Virus record (IMG/VR): IMGVR_UViG_3300032782_000008
Length of the DNA: 64,000 nucleotides
Direction: 5' to 3' (one strand)
DNA from: an uncultured virus (IMG/VR IMGVR_UViG_3300032782_000008)
Lineage: Duplodnaviria; Heunggongvirae; Uroviricota; Caudoviricetes
Shown: positions 46,900-56,649 of the stretch, one piece after another
Numbering within the stretch: position 1 is the stretch's first letter
Layout of the letters: every line of letters starts with the position of its first letter
Notes under the pieces: generated by a model
Seen by the model: the letters and a program-made list of their open reading frames with translations, nothing else
What the model was told of the DNA's origin: nothing
The model's database searches: none
Position numbers and translations under genes: made by a program

Positions 46900-47165
46900 A
46901 CGACATCGACCGTGCACGCCAGCATCGTGCAGATCGTCGAAAGCTGGCGACGGCCACCTTCGAAGCGACGACCTATGACGCCAATTTGTTCGTGGTTTCA
47001 TGGGAAGGCGCGCAATTCAAAATTGCCAGCACGCAGGATGGGTTAGTGGATTTAGCCACGCCCGTAAGCGGAACATATCCGCTTTCGCCTGACGAGGCTA
47101 TCACGATGGCCAAGGCTTTGATATCAGCCGTGAACGACGCGCGGCGCGGGCAAGGGGGCACGTAG
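46896..47165 (+). CDS. hypothetical protein
   Basis: ATGA overlap; ends DARRGQGGT. Confidence 0.6.
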   Translation: MNDIDRARQHRADRRKLATATFEATTYDANLFVVSWEGAQFKIASTQDGLVDLATPVSGTYPLSPDEAITMAKALISAVNDARRGQGGT

Positions 47166-47951
47166 ATGACCGCTCAGCAATCATGTTTCCTTCATGGCGT
47201 GTTCCTCGGCGACGACTGCCCGCACTGTAACAAACACGAACGCCGCGGCGCCGCCGCCGACCGCATCGCGCGCGGTTGCAGCGATGGCAACTGCCGTGTC
47301 CGCAAGACGACTGGTCAGCATACGAACGGAGGCTGCAAGTGCGACACGCGCGCCATCATCGCGCAGCTTGAGGCGGAACTGGCCGAGGCGCGGAGAGAAT
47401 TGGCGACGTCGAGGAACCCGCTGCGACCGGCATCCCCGACCGAAATCGAATACGCCCTTGTGCGTGGCCGCGTCGAAGCTGAAGCGGCGTTTCCATTGCC
47501 GGGGGCGAATCTCGGCGCGCATGAACTGTATCTCGACGAGAAACGCGCCCACGCCCGCACGCAGGCCCTCCTCGGCCGCGCGGTCGCGGCGCTGCAAGAG
47601 GCGCTCGGCTGGCTCTCGTATCACGACGCATTGCCGCTACGTGGACGCGTCGAAGCCATCCTCGCCGACGCCTCATCCGCGCAGGCTCTTGACGCGTGGC
47701 GGGCGCAGCAGGAGGAGCGTGAGGGTGATTGGTGGGGCGTGTGGTGCTCACGTCGAGAAGAGCCGGGCTTTTGGCGCAAACTCACCGGACGCGGCGAGGT
47801 GTTGATGACCACCAAGACGGAGGCGCAGCGTACAGCTGATGCGTTGAACGCAGGCGCAAAAGAACGCACCGATTCTCCCGGCTGGAGCTATGAGGCGCGA
47901 CAGTTTCCGATCGACGCGCGGCGGGCCGGCGGCAAGGATGGTGCGAAGTGA
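47166..47951 (+). CDS. mosaic protein with Cys-rich N-terminus
   Basis: GCSDGNC...GQHTNGGCKC; shares blocks with 45886 and 48688. Confidence 0.7.
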   Translation: MTAQQSCFLHGVFLGDDCPHCNKHERRGAAADRIARGCSDGNCRVRKTTGQHTNGGCKCDTRAIIAQLEAELAEARRELATSRNPLRPASPTEIEYALVRGRVEAEAAFPLPGANLGAHELYLDEKRAHARTQALLGRAVAALQEALGWLSYHDALPLRGRVEAILADASSAQALDAWRAQQEEREGDWWGVWCSRREEPGFWRKLTGRGEVLMTTKTEAQRTADALNAGAKERTDSPGWSYEARQFPIDARRAGGKDGAK

Positions 47952-48136
47952 ACAAGCCAATCGAGCAGCGAATCAGCGATTCGCTTAAAGAGTGCGTGGA
48001 GCACCTGGATCTCGTGATGGAACTGCATCGCGATGGGTATCCCCTCCGCCCGAGCGAGCTGGAGGAAATTCAAAGCGCGGTCACCGAGGCGAAGCAGCTG
48101 CTTGCGCACACGCGGCGCGGGCAAGGGGCCGGGTAG
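47948..48136 (+). CDS. small hypothetical protein
   Basis: GTGA overlap; ends RRGQGAG. Confidence 0.55.
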   Translation: MNKPIEQRISDSLKECVEHLDLVMELHRDGYPLRPSELEEIQSAVTEAKQLLAHTRRGQGAG

Positions 48137-48691
48137 ATGCCTGCTACTGACGAATCAACGAAGTCACTACGCCAACTGGCGCGCGAACTGGGCGTGAACG
48201 AGAGTACGGTTCGGCGTCGACTCGCGAAAGGAGTGCCAGTCGACCAGCCTGACGTGCGACCGAAAAAGATGACGCCGCAGTATTTCTGGCAGTGCGTCGA
48301 TATCACCGAGTCGTATTGCTGGGAATGGAAGCTGAAGACAAAGCGCGGCTACGGCCTCTATTCCCCGGGTATTCCGACACCGCACGGGACGACAATCCAG
48401 GCACATCGCGCTGCTTACATGATCGCCGTCGGACCAATACCCGTCGGATATGAAATCGATCACCTATGCTTCAATCCGGCGTGCGTTCGACCTGAACACC
48501 TCGAAGCCGTGCCTCCAGTGGTCAATACCCGTCGACGTCACAGCGAAGGACGAGACGAGCGTTTAGACCACTGCGCCAACGGGCATCCCATGAACGAAGA
48601 GAATTCGTACCACGCGCCAGGTGCTACTCGTCCAGTGTGTAGGGAATGCAATAGAACAGCTGCGCGCCGATATGCTCGAGGTGGGCGATGA
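48137..48691 (+). CDS. HNH endonuclease with N-terminal HTH
   Basis: CWEW...GYG...AHRAAY...IDHLCFNPACVRPEHL...HCANGH...CRECNR. Confidence 0.9.
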   Translation: MPATDESTKSLRQLARELGVNESTVRRRLAKGVPVDQPDVRPKKMTPQYFWQCVDITESYCWEWKLKTKRGYGLYSPGIPTPHGTTIQAHRAAYMIAVGPIPVGYEIDHLCFNPACVRPEHLEAVPPVVNTRRRHSEGRDERLDHCANGHPMNEENSYHAPGATRPVCRECNRTAARRYARGGR

Positions 48692-49539
48692 GCGCTATTC
48701 CCTGCCCTCATTGCGGGTCGTTGGGTCCAAAGCAATGCAAATGCGTTGGCATGGTCGTTGGTCGCCCGACCCCCGCCGACCGCATCGCTCAGCTTGAGGC
48801 GGAGCTGGCCGAGGCGCGTAAGCGCATCGCCGACATGGAGGCGCACGACGCGCGGTGGATGAGCCGTCACGACAACGCGCAATCGGCGCTCGCTTTCGAG
48901 ACAGACGCCCACGCCCGCACGCAGGCCGAGCGCGATCAGTGGGAGCACGAGGCTAAGGCGAATCGAGAGAAACTCGTCGGTGAGATGAACCAGCGACGAC
49001 AAATCACCGAGCTGCGCACCCAGATTAAAGGGCTCGAAAAGCAGGTCGCGCACGAACGGGAAGGTTGTACGAAGCGACGCCGCGATAAGGCCGCTCAGTG
49101 GAAGGCGCTCGAAGCCGCCCGTGACGCGGCGCAGGCCGAGGCGGCGGCGAAACACAACGCGCTCGTGCATGCCTACGAGGTTCTGCGTTGCCCGACGGTG
49201 CGCCCGAGCGGACATAGCGGCGATGAAGGCTCAAGCAACTGCGATGAAGATTGCGCCAAGTGTGCCGTCGAGGGAGCGATAGCGCATGCCGATGAGGCGC
49301 TCGATGATGCCAGCGTGGGACGCCGCGCCCTCGCCGAACGCGTGCCGCTGTGGCGCTCCATCCTCGAACGCCTATCGACTCACTGCCAAGGCGACAGGTA
49401 CGAGCCCCACGCGTTCGGAGAGACACCGAAGTTCATCGGCTGCAAGCTCTACCGTAGCGATGACTCGAACGAATACTGTCTGCCATGTGAGGCAAGGGCC
49501 GCGCTCTACGACAAGCCCCCGATCAAAACCGGCTCGTAG
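48688..49539 (+). CDS. coiled-coil/Cys-rich mosaic protein
   Basis: ADRIAQLEAELAEAR and AHARTQA shared with 47166. Confidence 0.7.
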   Translation: MSAIPCPHCGSLGPKQCKCVGMVVGRPTPADRIAQLEAELAEARKRIADMEAHDARWMSRHDNAQSALAFETDAHARTQAERDQWEHEAKANREKLVGEMNQRRQITELRTQIKGLEKQVAHEREGCTKRRRDKAAQWKALEAARDAAQAEAAAKHNALVHAYEVLRCPTVRPSGHSGDEGSSNCDEDCAKCAVEGAIAHADEALDDASVGRRALAERVPLWRSILERLSTHCQGDRYEPHAFGETPKFIGCKLYRSDDSNEYCLPCEARAALYDKPPIKTGS

Positions 49540-49551
49540 TACAATTCAGAA

Positions 49552-49791
49552 ATGGCCAACGCGACAACGCTCCTCTCCCTGGCCGCCTTCACCTCTCGAC
49601 TTCGAGACGACGCCATGCGATTCCGCATCGCCTGCGAGCGCGAGTCCGCACGGCTCGGCCGCGACATCTTCAAGGAGATGAGCGCCGAAGAGTGGACGCA
49701 CACATTCGTGCGGTGGCTGCTAGAGGAGGCCAAGGGAAAGAAGTCGCGGCCGAGAAGTAACGTGACGACGGTGAACAGGAGGAAAACATGA
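49552..49791 (+). CDS. hypothetical protein
   Basis: ORF coupled to the next gene. Confidence 0.5.
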   Translation: MANATTLLSLAAFTSRLRDDAMRFRIACERESARLGRDIFKEMSAEEWTHTFVRWLLEEAKGKKSRPRSNVTTVNRRKT

Positions 49792-50084
49792 GATCCGCTT
49801 CTGATAGAAAAACTTTGTTCGAGTTGTGGCGCCGAAGCTGGCCAGAAGTCGTCAAATATCTCAAAGCGAACGCTGCCGACGTCGCGATCAAGGTCAAGAA
49901 CGAGCCGGTGAGTCCGCCCAAGACCCTCGGCGAGTGGTACGCGAAGCACAGCGGCTGCCGGCGCACGTGGGACGAAGGTCAGATCGGCAACTACCACGTC
50001 CACAGGTGCAGCTGCGGTGAGAAGGCCCACGTCAAGGCCGATGACTACGGCAAGGGGATGGGCGCGCTGTTGTCGGTGAAGTAG
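49788..50084 (+). CDS. hypothetical protein with Cys/His motif
   Basis: HSGC...HRCSCG; AGGAGG SD. Confidence 0.55.
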   Translation: MRSASDRKTLFELWRRSWPEVVKYLKANAADVAIKVKNEPVSPPKTLGEWYAKHSGCRRTWDEGQIGNYHVHRCSCGEKAHVKADDYGKGMGALLSVK

Positions 50085-50130
50085 GAAGCGCAACACCTAC
50101 ACATCTGTAGCAAATACTTCACAGACGCTG

Positions 50131-50159
50131 TTGACACACTACGTCCCCTGACATAGCGT
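50131..50159 (+). promoter_or_regulatory. promoter of the replication operon
   Basis: TTGACA-17-TAGCGT. Confidence 0.65.
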
Positions 50160-50419
50160 TGTTAGCCGACGAGCTACCCGTTTCACCGCGGATGCACGTC
50201 GTTCTTCTGTTTGAGCTAGGGCGCCTCCTCGGTAGCGATCGGTACCGTCGGTGTTCGGACAGGGGCTGACTCGGCCCAGCTCCAGCCCCGCCGATGGTGA
50301 CCCGCTCGGTACCGTTCGGTGCCGAGGAGGATGCGAGTGAAGTACCCTGCGGCAGCTTCGTCTCTACATCAGACCTGTAATTCGCATCGCGTCATTTTCG
50401 CTCGTAAAAATGGTGCACA

Positions 50420-52174
50420 ATGACGCCCGAGCAAATCCAGCTCTACCGCACCGCACACGAGGCCACAACCCGCACCGCCTTCGCCCGTTTCAAAAAGGCT
50501 CGTGGCGTGTCGAACAAGAATATCGACGCCGTTCGACAGGCCGCCACCGACTTCGCCGCGCTCACGCCGCTGCAGCAGCCCGGCATCTGCGACCTCGCCC
50601 GCGAAACCGTCCGCGCTTGCCTCGCTCAGCCGCTCACCGGCGACGAGCACTTTCCGGCAGTGTTGTGGGTCGGCGGCGCGTGGGACACCGAGAAGGGGAT
50701 CACCTTCACGGGCTCGCTGCGCGACTTCGTCAACGGGCTGTTGCTCGGACGCGCGCAGTTCATCGCTCCCAAGCGCTGCGGCTGGGTCATCGAGCCCGTG
50801 TCCAACCCGACCAGGCGCCGCACTCTCGAATGCACGCTCGCGCTGCACGCGCTCTTCCTCGACTGCGACGGCACAGGCAGGTGGGATCAGCTTCTCTACG
50901 AGCTGAACCAACTCGGACTCGCCTACGTTGCGTATCAATCAGGCGGATATTCGCTTGCGACGCCGAAATGGCGCGTCGTCATCCCGCTCGCGCGCCCGTT
51001 CGCTGTCATCGACGAGGCGTGGCGCGCGGCCTGGAAAGCGGCCTATCGACACGCCCGCGTCGTCTTCGGGGCGCTCGGACGACTCTCATCGGTCGGCTTC
51101 GACCCGGCAACCGAGCCTCCATGCAACCCATGGTTCCTGACGGAGCGACGCGAGCAAGGCGACTACCCACGCACGACCACGTGGAACCTCGGTCGTGCAC
51201 TCGACCTGCACCGTCTCATCGAACTGCTCCCCATCTGCGATGAACCCAAGGCGGAAGCGACCGAGCGCCCCGGTGTCGACGATGTGATCCTCGACGACGA
51301 ACGCTACGAGGAGATCGTCGATGCGCTCACCGCCGCCACCGTTTGCGTGCCGCACGGCCGGCGCGACCTCTACATGTCCCTGTCGGGCTCGCTACTCGAC
51401 CGCGGCATCTCCGAGGACGACACGCTGCGCATCGTGACCGACGTCTCACTTCGCTACCCGCGCTACCACGCCGACAAGCACGCCGACAACATCCACAGCG
51501 CCGAAACGACCATCTCGCGCCGACGCATCGACAACCGCGTCACTAGAATCAAAACACTCAACGAGCTATTCCCCGACGTGGCTGAGGCGCTTGACGACGT
51601 ACTACCAACCGCCAACGAAGAGCTGCGCCTCCTGGCCATTTCCCTCATCGACGGGCAAAGCGCGACGATACCCGCAGCGGACGTAACACCTGACGAAGAC
51701 GGCGAAGTCGCCGAGCCCGACTGGCAAGTCCCGGTCGACGACATGATGCTGCGCCGCTCGATCTCGAAGATGCGCACCAAGAAACGCGCACTCTACAAGA
51801 AGACATCCGAGTCGAAGTATGGTCACCAGGAGAAGCTGCTCGACCGCGTGTTATCGAAGAAGCCCCTGGCGGTGCCGGTTGAGGGTGACTCGGTGACGCG
51901 CCTGACCGGCGCGCAATCGCTCAAGCGCGTGGCGAGCATGCTTGCGTTCAAGCTGCCGCGCAACACGCCCATGGACGCGGTGCGAGAGATTCTGCGCCCG
52001 AGCATCTCGAAGATGCTGACGCCCGGCGCGCCTATCGAGCCCTGGTTCGAGCTTCTGCGGTCGAGCTACCTGTCGTCGCTAACGGAACGGCTGCAAAAGG
52101 AACGGGACAAGGCGACGGAAGACGCAGAACAAGTGGAGTACGCTCGGCAATATGCCTTGCGCGGAGGAGCGTAG
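50420..52174 (+). CDS. AEP-like primase/Rep protein
   Basis: LFLDCD, KWRVVIPLARP, GFDPA; PriCT-like GRRDLYMSLSGSLLDRGI; directly upstream of VapE. Confidence 0.7.
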   Translation: MTPEQIQLYRTAHEATTRTAFARFKKARGVSNKNIDAVRQAATDFAALTPLQQPGICDLARETVRACLAQPLTGDEHFPAVLWVGGAWDTEKGITFTGSLRDFVNGLLLGRAQFIAPKRCGWVIEPVSNPTRRRTLECTLALHALFLDCDGTGRWDQLLYELNQLGLAYVAYQSGGYSLATPKWRVVIPLARPFAVIDEAWRAAWKAAYRHARVVFGALGRLSSVGFDPATEPPCNPWFLTERREQGDYPRTTTWNLGRALDLHRLIELLPICDEPKAEATERPGVDDVILDDERYEEIVDALTAATVCVPHGRRDLYMSLSGSLLDRGISEDDTLRIVTDVSLRYPRYHADKHADNIHSAETTISRRRIDNRVTRIKTLNELFPDVAEALDDVLPTANEELRLLAISLIDGQSATIPAADVTPDEDGEVAEPDWQVPVDDMMLRRSISKMRTKKRALYKKTSESKYGHQEKLLDRVLSKKPLAVPVEGDSVTRLTGAQSLKRVASMLAFKLPRNTPMDAVREILRPSISKMLTPGAPIEPWFELLRSSYLSSLTERLQKERDKATEDAEQVEYARQYALRGGA

Positions 52175-52176
52175 CC

Positions 52177-53781
52177 GTGGCGTCGCTATTCGACGGGGAC
52201 GACCTCGCGCAATTTGCCAGCAGCTTGCTCGGACCGCGAGCAGAACCACCGCCGAGCCCGCCACCCGAAACACCGACGCCACCCGACACGTCCGCGCCGG
52301 TTGAGCCCTCGAATGTCATCCCGCTCCCGATCGCCCAGGCGACCGAGGTCGCCCTGCGCCCGCGAAGAAGTACGCCGCCGCCGCCGCCCAACCCCGAATG
52401 GAAGAAGCTCCTCAATATGCGCGGCAGCCAAGAGGAGGGGAATCTGCGCATGGAGCCGACGGCGAACAATGTCGCTCTCCTGCTCGAGAACCACGAAGAT
52501 TTTCGCGGCTTCATTCGCTGGAACGAATACTCCAAGCGCATCGACATCACGGGGGGTGTCCTCGGCGCCTACCGAAACATGGAGATCGAGCACGTCATCA
52601 CCTTCGCCGTTGACCACCTCACCAGAGCGCACAGGATCTCGGTAGATTACAGCAATGTGCAGAAACGCCTCTTCTTCGTCGCCAAACGAAATCCCTACGA
52701 CCCGCTCATTGATCATCTAATGGATCTAGCCACGCTATGGGACGGCGGTCAACGCATCGACGAACTGTTCACCCGCTATTTCGGCGCTGGTAAACCAGAA
52801 GAAGACGAAGACCCTGCCGCTCTCGCGCGCCGACTCGGACATCTACGCCGCATCAGCCGGAGGTGGATGCTCGGCTCAGTGGAGCGCGCCTTCCGGCCCG
52901 GCTGCAAATTCGACAACGTACTGGTGCTCGAAGGTCTGCAAGGCGCGCGCAAGACCAGCGCCATCGAGGCGCTCGGCGGTGACTTCTACAGCTCGACGCA
53001 GATCGTGCTCGGCGACAAGGACTCGAAAATGATCGCCGCCGCCAATTGGTTCGTGGACTTGCCGGACACGAACTTCATGAAGAAGACCAACCGCGGCTTC
53101 ATCACCCAGCGCGAGGACACGTATCGCCCGCCGTTCGGCGCCGCCGTGCAAAAAACCCCGCGGCGTTGCGTCTTCATCGCCAGCTCCATGAACGACCTCC
53201 AGTACACCGAGGAAGAGGAGCGCCGCTACTGGTCAGTGCTTTGCACCTCGGTCGACCTCGTGGCCCTCATGCGCGACCGCGACCAGCTCTGGGCCGAGGC
53301 CGCCGCCATCTCCCTGGCCGCCGCCGATTGCCCCGATTGCAGGCGCTCGACCGACACCGTCGCCCGCCAAGCGCCTCGCTGCGTCGTGCATAGATGGTGG
53401 CTCGACGCCGAAGAAGAGAAGATCGCTATGGAAGAGGCCAGCAAGCGCGTTCAGGACGTACCCTGGAAAACGCGCATCCTGCAATGGTGGCTGAGCAAAG
53501 AGCCAGCAAAGCGCCCTCTCTACTTCTCGATCGAGGATGTTGCATCCGACGCCTTGAGCATCTCGATCGATAAACTACTGCCTCATTTGTACACCGCCAT
53601 CGGCACAGCGGTGAAGAGTGCCGGATTCACGAGAAAGCGTCTGACGGTCGAAGGCGGCTCGCGCGACTGGCGCTACGTCCCGAATCAACTCCTTGCCCGC
53701 GCCCCCAAAAGCGGATCGCTACCGTCTCTCCCACCACCTGGAGGTGGGGTGGTGCTCACACTACCTAAACCAGTGAAATAA
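52177..53781 (+). CDS. VapE/VirE-family helicase
   Basis: PGCKFDNVLVLEGLQGARKTS, DTYRPPFG, PRRCVF, RDRDQLWAEA. Confidence 0.9.
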   Translation: MASLFDGDDLAQFASSLLGPRAEPPPSPPPETPTPPDTSAPVEPSNVIPLPIAQATEVALRPRRSTPPPPPNPEWKKLLNMRGSQEEGNLRMEPTANNVALLLENHEDFRGFIRWNEYSKRIDITGGVLGAYRNMEIEHVITFAVDHLTRAHRISVDYSNVQKRLFFVAKRNPYDPLIDHLMDLATLWDGGQRIDELFTRYFGAGKPEEDEDPAALARRLGHLRRISRRWMLGSVERAFRPGCKFDNVLVLEGLQGARKTSAIEALGGDFYSSTQIVLGDKDSKMIAAANWFVDLPDTNFMKKTNRGFITQREDTYRPPFGAAVQKTPRRCVFIASSMNDLQYTEEEERRYWSVLCTSVDLVALMRDRDQLWAEAAAISLAAADCPDCRRSTDTVARQAPRCVVHRWWLDAEEEKIAMEEASKRVQDVPWKTRILQWWLSKEPAKRPLYFSIEDVASDALSISIDKLLPHLYTAIGTAVKSAGFTRKRLTVEGGSRDWRYVPNQLLARAPKSGSLPSLPPPGGGVVLTLPKPVK

Positions 53782-53787
53782 TTCATA

Positions 53788-54040
53788 GTGTCCCAGGGTG
53801 TCCCGACTCTGTCCCGACCTTCGTTCTCGTAACATCTGAAAAATACTACATAATTCCCGACTGTCCCGACTGTCCCGGCCAGGACCAGATCCCTCTATGG
53901 CCTACACCCCTATTACCCAACATACCCACTCTCCTATAATAAAACGCTATTTAAGTTAGGACAGTTAGGACAGTTGGGACAAGTTAAATGATTTCGCGTA
54001 GCTGCAGTGTCCCAACCCTGTCCCAACTGTCCCGACTCTA
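53788..54040. repeat. iteron array, putative replication origin
   Basis: Four clusters of three TGTCC(C/T)RAC-like repeats; the third cluster is inverted; AT-rich spacers. Confidence 0.75.
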
Positions 54041-54218
54041 ACAATTCACATTACGCGATGAAAAGTGGCGCTGTTTTTTGATTAGAAATTTCGACCCGAA
54101 ATTCACGCTGAATTTTGAACTGAATTTCGACCCGAATTTTATGATGTACAGCTCGTATGAAATGTTAGCGTTGATATTTGTTGCATAACGTTGCTAATCA
54201 AGAATAGTGTGCTCATCC

Positions 54219-54410
54219 ATGAGCAAGCAGATTGGCATCAGGCTCACCGACGAAGAGAATGCGCTGATCTCGCGCGCGCTCGAGATCGAGGCGCGTCTCG
54301 GCGATCGAGGAGGTACTTCCGCTTGGGCGCGCAGGGTGATCCTGCGGGAAGCACACCGCGTTGTTGCAGAGGCTCAGACGCCCTCTGGTATCGAGGAGAG
54401 CACGCCGTAG
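54219..54410 (+). CDS. RHH-like regulator
   Basis: KQIGIRLTDEENALISRA...SAWARRVI. Confidence 0.6.
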   Translation: MSKQIGIRLTDEENALISRALEIEARLGDRGGTSAWARRVILREAHRVVAEAQTPSGIEESTP

Positions 54411-56489
54411 ATGGACTACATCGATGACGTCTTCGGCCCGACTGGTTACCTGGCGCAATACTTCTCTGGCTACGAGCCGCGACTGGGTCAGGTCGCGCTG
54501 GCTCGCGCGGTCGAAAACGCCTTCTCCCTGTCGAGGCACCTCCTGGCCGAGGCACCGTGCGGCACGGGCAAGTCGGTCGCATACGGTGTCCCTGCTTCTT
54601 GGCACGCTTCTCGTGGACACCGCGTGGTCATCGTCACGGCGAACATCGCGCTGCAGGAGCAGCTCGTCCGCAAGGATCTGCCGATGCTCAAGGAAGTCTT
54701 ACCATGGAAGTTTACTTACGCGCTGCTCAAGGGGCGCGGAAACTACTGGTGCAGAGAGGCGGCTTCAGTTGCACATCAAAAGTATTTTCAGGATCTCAAG
54801 CAGAGTGATCCTGTCGAGGAGGACGCAAAGCTCGCTAAGTCACAAGTCGATAAATTGATCGCGTGGGGTGCCTCCACGGAGACGGGGGACAAGTCCGATT
54901 TGTCGTTCGTACCTGTATCCTCGCTGTGGAGTCGGGTCTCCGTAGGGGAGGGCGAGTGCGGAAGACAGGATTGTGAATATTTCGACAATTGTTTCTATTA
55001 CGAGGCGAAGGCTAAGGCTCACGTAGCGTCAATCATAGTCACGAACTATCACTTGTTTTTTATGCATTTGTACGTGCGCTGCGAGTCTGGAAAGAATGCC
55101 GTTCTTCCCGCTTTCGATCGATTGATTCTGGACGAGGCACACGAGGCGGCGGATATCGCACGAGACAGTGACGCCTTCGGTTTTAAAGTGAGTGAGCGGA
55201 CAGTTAGGAACGTGGCGAGCAGAATCAGGCGCCGTGCGGAGTCAAAGATACACACAGCGCGCGGTCCTGTGATAGCGGCGGAGCAGAAATTAGAAAGTGC
55301 TCTTGTCGAACCAGTAGACGAATCTGCGGTCACTACCGCTCAAGAAGTGTTGAAACAAGCGCGCATCGGACTGCAGTTAATCGAAGGCGAGTGTCGGTTA
55401 CCGTTGCTCCTCGCAAGCAATATCGATAAGGAAGCCATTCACTTTTTTTCTCAGCTCGTGACATATGCGCAGCCACCCACATATAGTGTTCGATTTCGAC
55501 AACCTAATTTCGTTGAGGAACCAACGAGGCTGGTGTCGCTGCTCGAGGCTGCGGACCGATCGGATTTAGCAAGGCGAATAATCGAAGTGGTTCGGTTGGA
55601 AGATGAGAACACGGTTTATTTCTTGGACAAGGAGTCTCGAACCCCGCGTGTTATCGCTAAACCTATAGACGTGTCGGTCCTTTTGCATGATCTAATGTTT
55701 GCGACGGTACAATCTGTTGTGCTCACGTCGGCGACTTTGACTGCAGGGGGCAGCTTCACGTTCGTGCGGCGCGAATTGGGCGTGCCCGAGGATGCGCTCG
55801 AGATCGTAGTCGAGTCACCGTTCGACTTTCGCAATCAGGCGCTGCTCGTTGTGCCGACGGGTCTACCAAGCGTTGAGTCGCCTGGCTTCCCCCAGGCGAT
55901 GACCGACGCGATGCGTGAGGTGATCGATGCGTGCGAGGGGCGGACGCTTTGCCTGTTCACGTCGAACGGGAACTTGGCCATCGCGCACGACAAACTGCGC
56001 GGACAGCTGCCGTATACGTTGCTGCGTCAGGGTGAATTGCCTCGTACCGAGCTGACGCGACTCTTCAAGGAGGATGTGCATTCGGTGCTGCTCGGGACGA
56101 ACAGTTTCTGGACCGGGATCGATGTACCGGGGGAGGCGTTGACTGGGCTCGTGATCGACAAGCTGCCGTTTCCGAACCGTAGCGACCCGGTCGTCGATAT
56201 CATCTGCGAGCGCGATCCGAAGTGGTTCGACAACTACTCGAAACCGCGCGCGGCGATCATGCTACGCCAGGGTGTCGGGCGCCTCATCAGGAGTCAGCGC
56301 GACATCGGCGTCGTCGTGATCCTCGACCGCCGGCTCGTCGACAAATACTACAAGCGCGACTTTTTCCGCAGCTTGCCGCCGATGGGACGCTCGCCGGACC
56401 TCGGCGACGTCGCGCGCTTCCTGCGCGGCGAGGAGTTGCGTCGTCAGGCAGCGCCGGCACCATCGGCGAGTCTGCTGCAGATGCCGTGA
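54411..56489 (+). CDS. dinG: DinG/YoaA family Fe-S helicase
   Basis: YEPRLGQ, EAPCGTGKS, KGRGNYWC, Cys cluster, DEAHE, TSATL, IDKLPF, QGVGRLIR. Confidence 0.92.
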   Translation: MDYIDDVFGPTGYLAQYFSGYEPRLGQVALARAVENAFSLSRHLLAEAPCGTGKSVAYGVPASWHASRGHRVVIVTANIALQEQLVRKDLPMLKEVLPWKFTYALLKGRGNYWCREAASVAHQKYFQDLKQSDPVEEDAKLAKSQVDKLIAWGASTETGDKSDLSFVPVSSLWSRVSVGEGECGRQDCEYFDNCFYYEAKAKAHVASIIVTNYHLFFMHLYVRCESGKNAVLPAFDRLILDEAHEAADIARDSDAFGFKVSERTVRNVASRIRRRAESKIHTARGPVIAAEQKLESALVEPVDESAVTTAQEVLKQARIGLQLIEGECRLPLLLASNIDKEAIHFFSQLVTYAQPPTYSVRFRQPNFVEEPTRLVSLLEAADRSDLARRIIEVVRLEDENTVYFLDKESRTPRVIAKPIDVSVLLHDLMFATVQSVVLTSATLTAGGSFTFVRRELGVPEDALEIVVESPFDFRNQALLVVPTGLPSVESPGFPQAMTDAMREVIDACEGRTLCLFTSNGNLAIAHDKLRGQLPYTLLRQGELPRTELTRLFKEDVHSVLLGTNSFWTGIDVPGEALTGLVIDKLPFPNRSDPVVDIICERDPKWFDNYSKPRAAIMLRQGVGRLIRSQRDIGVVVILDRRLVDKYYKRDFFRSLPPMGRSPDLGDVARFLRGEELRRQAAPAPSASLLQMP

Positions 56490-56647
56490 TGCACGTCGGA
56501 CTCTTTGTCCTCCTCTGCATAGACGATTACTGGCCGCGCGAGAGTTGTACGCGCGAAGTGTTGAACCTGTACGCGAGCACCGACGAAGAGCGCGCCGAGT
56601 TGCGGCGGTACGTCGAGGACATGTACGAGATTTTCAAGAAGGAGTAG
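56489..56647 (+). CDS. small hypothetical protein
   Basis: TGATG coupling. Confidence 0.5.
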   Translation: MHVGLFVLLCIDDYWPRESCTREVLNLYASTDEERAELRRYVEDMYEIFKKE

Positions 56648-56649
56648 GC

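Noticed and set aside
53788..54040. CRISPR array, given a Cas4-like gene nearby
   Set aside because: Repeats are 9-10 bp, near-tandem and in mixed orientation, with no unique spacers and no cas1/cas2
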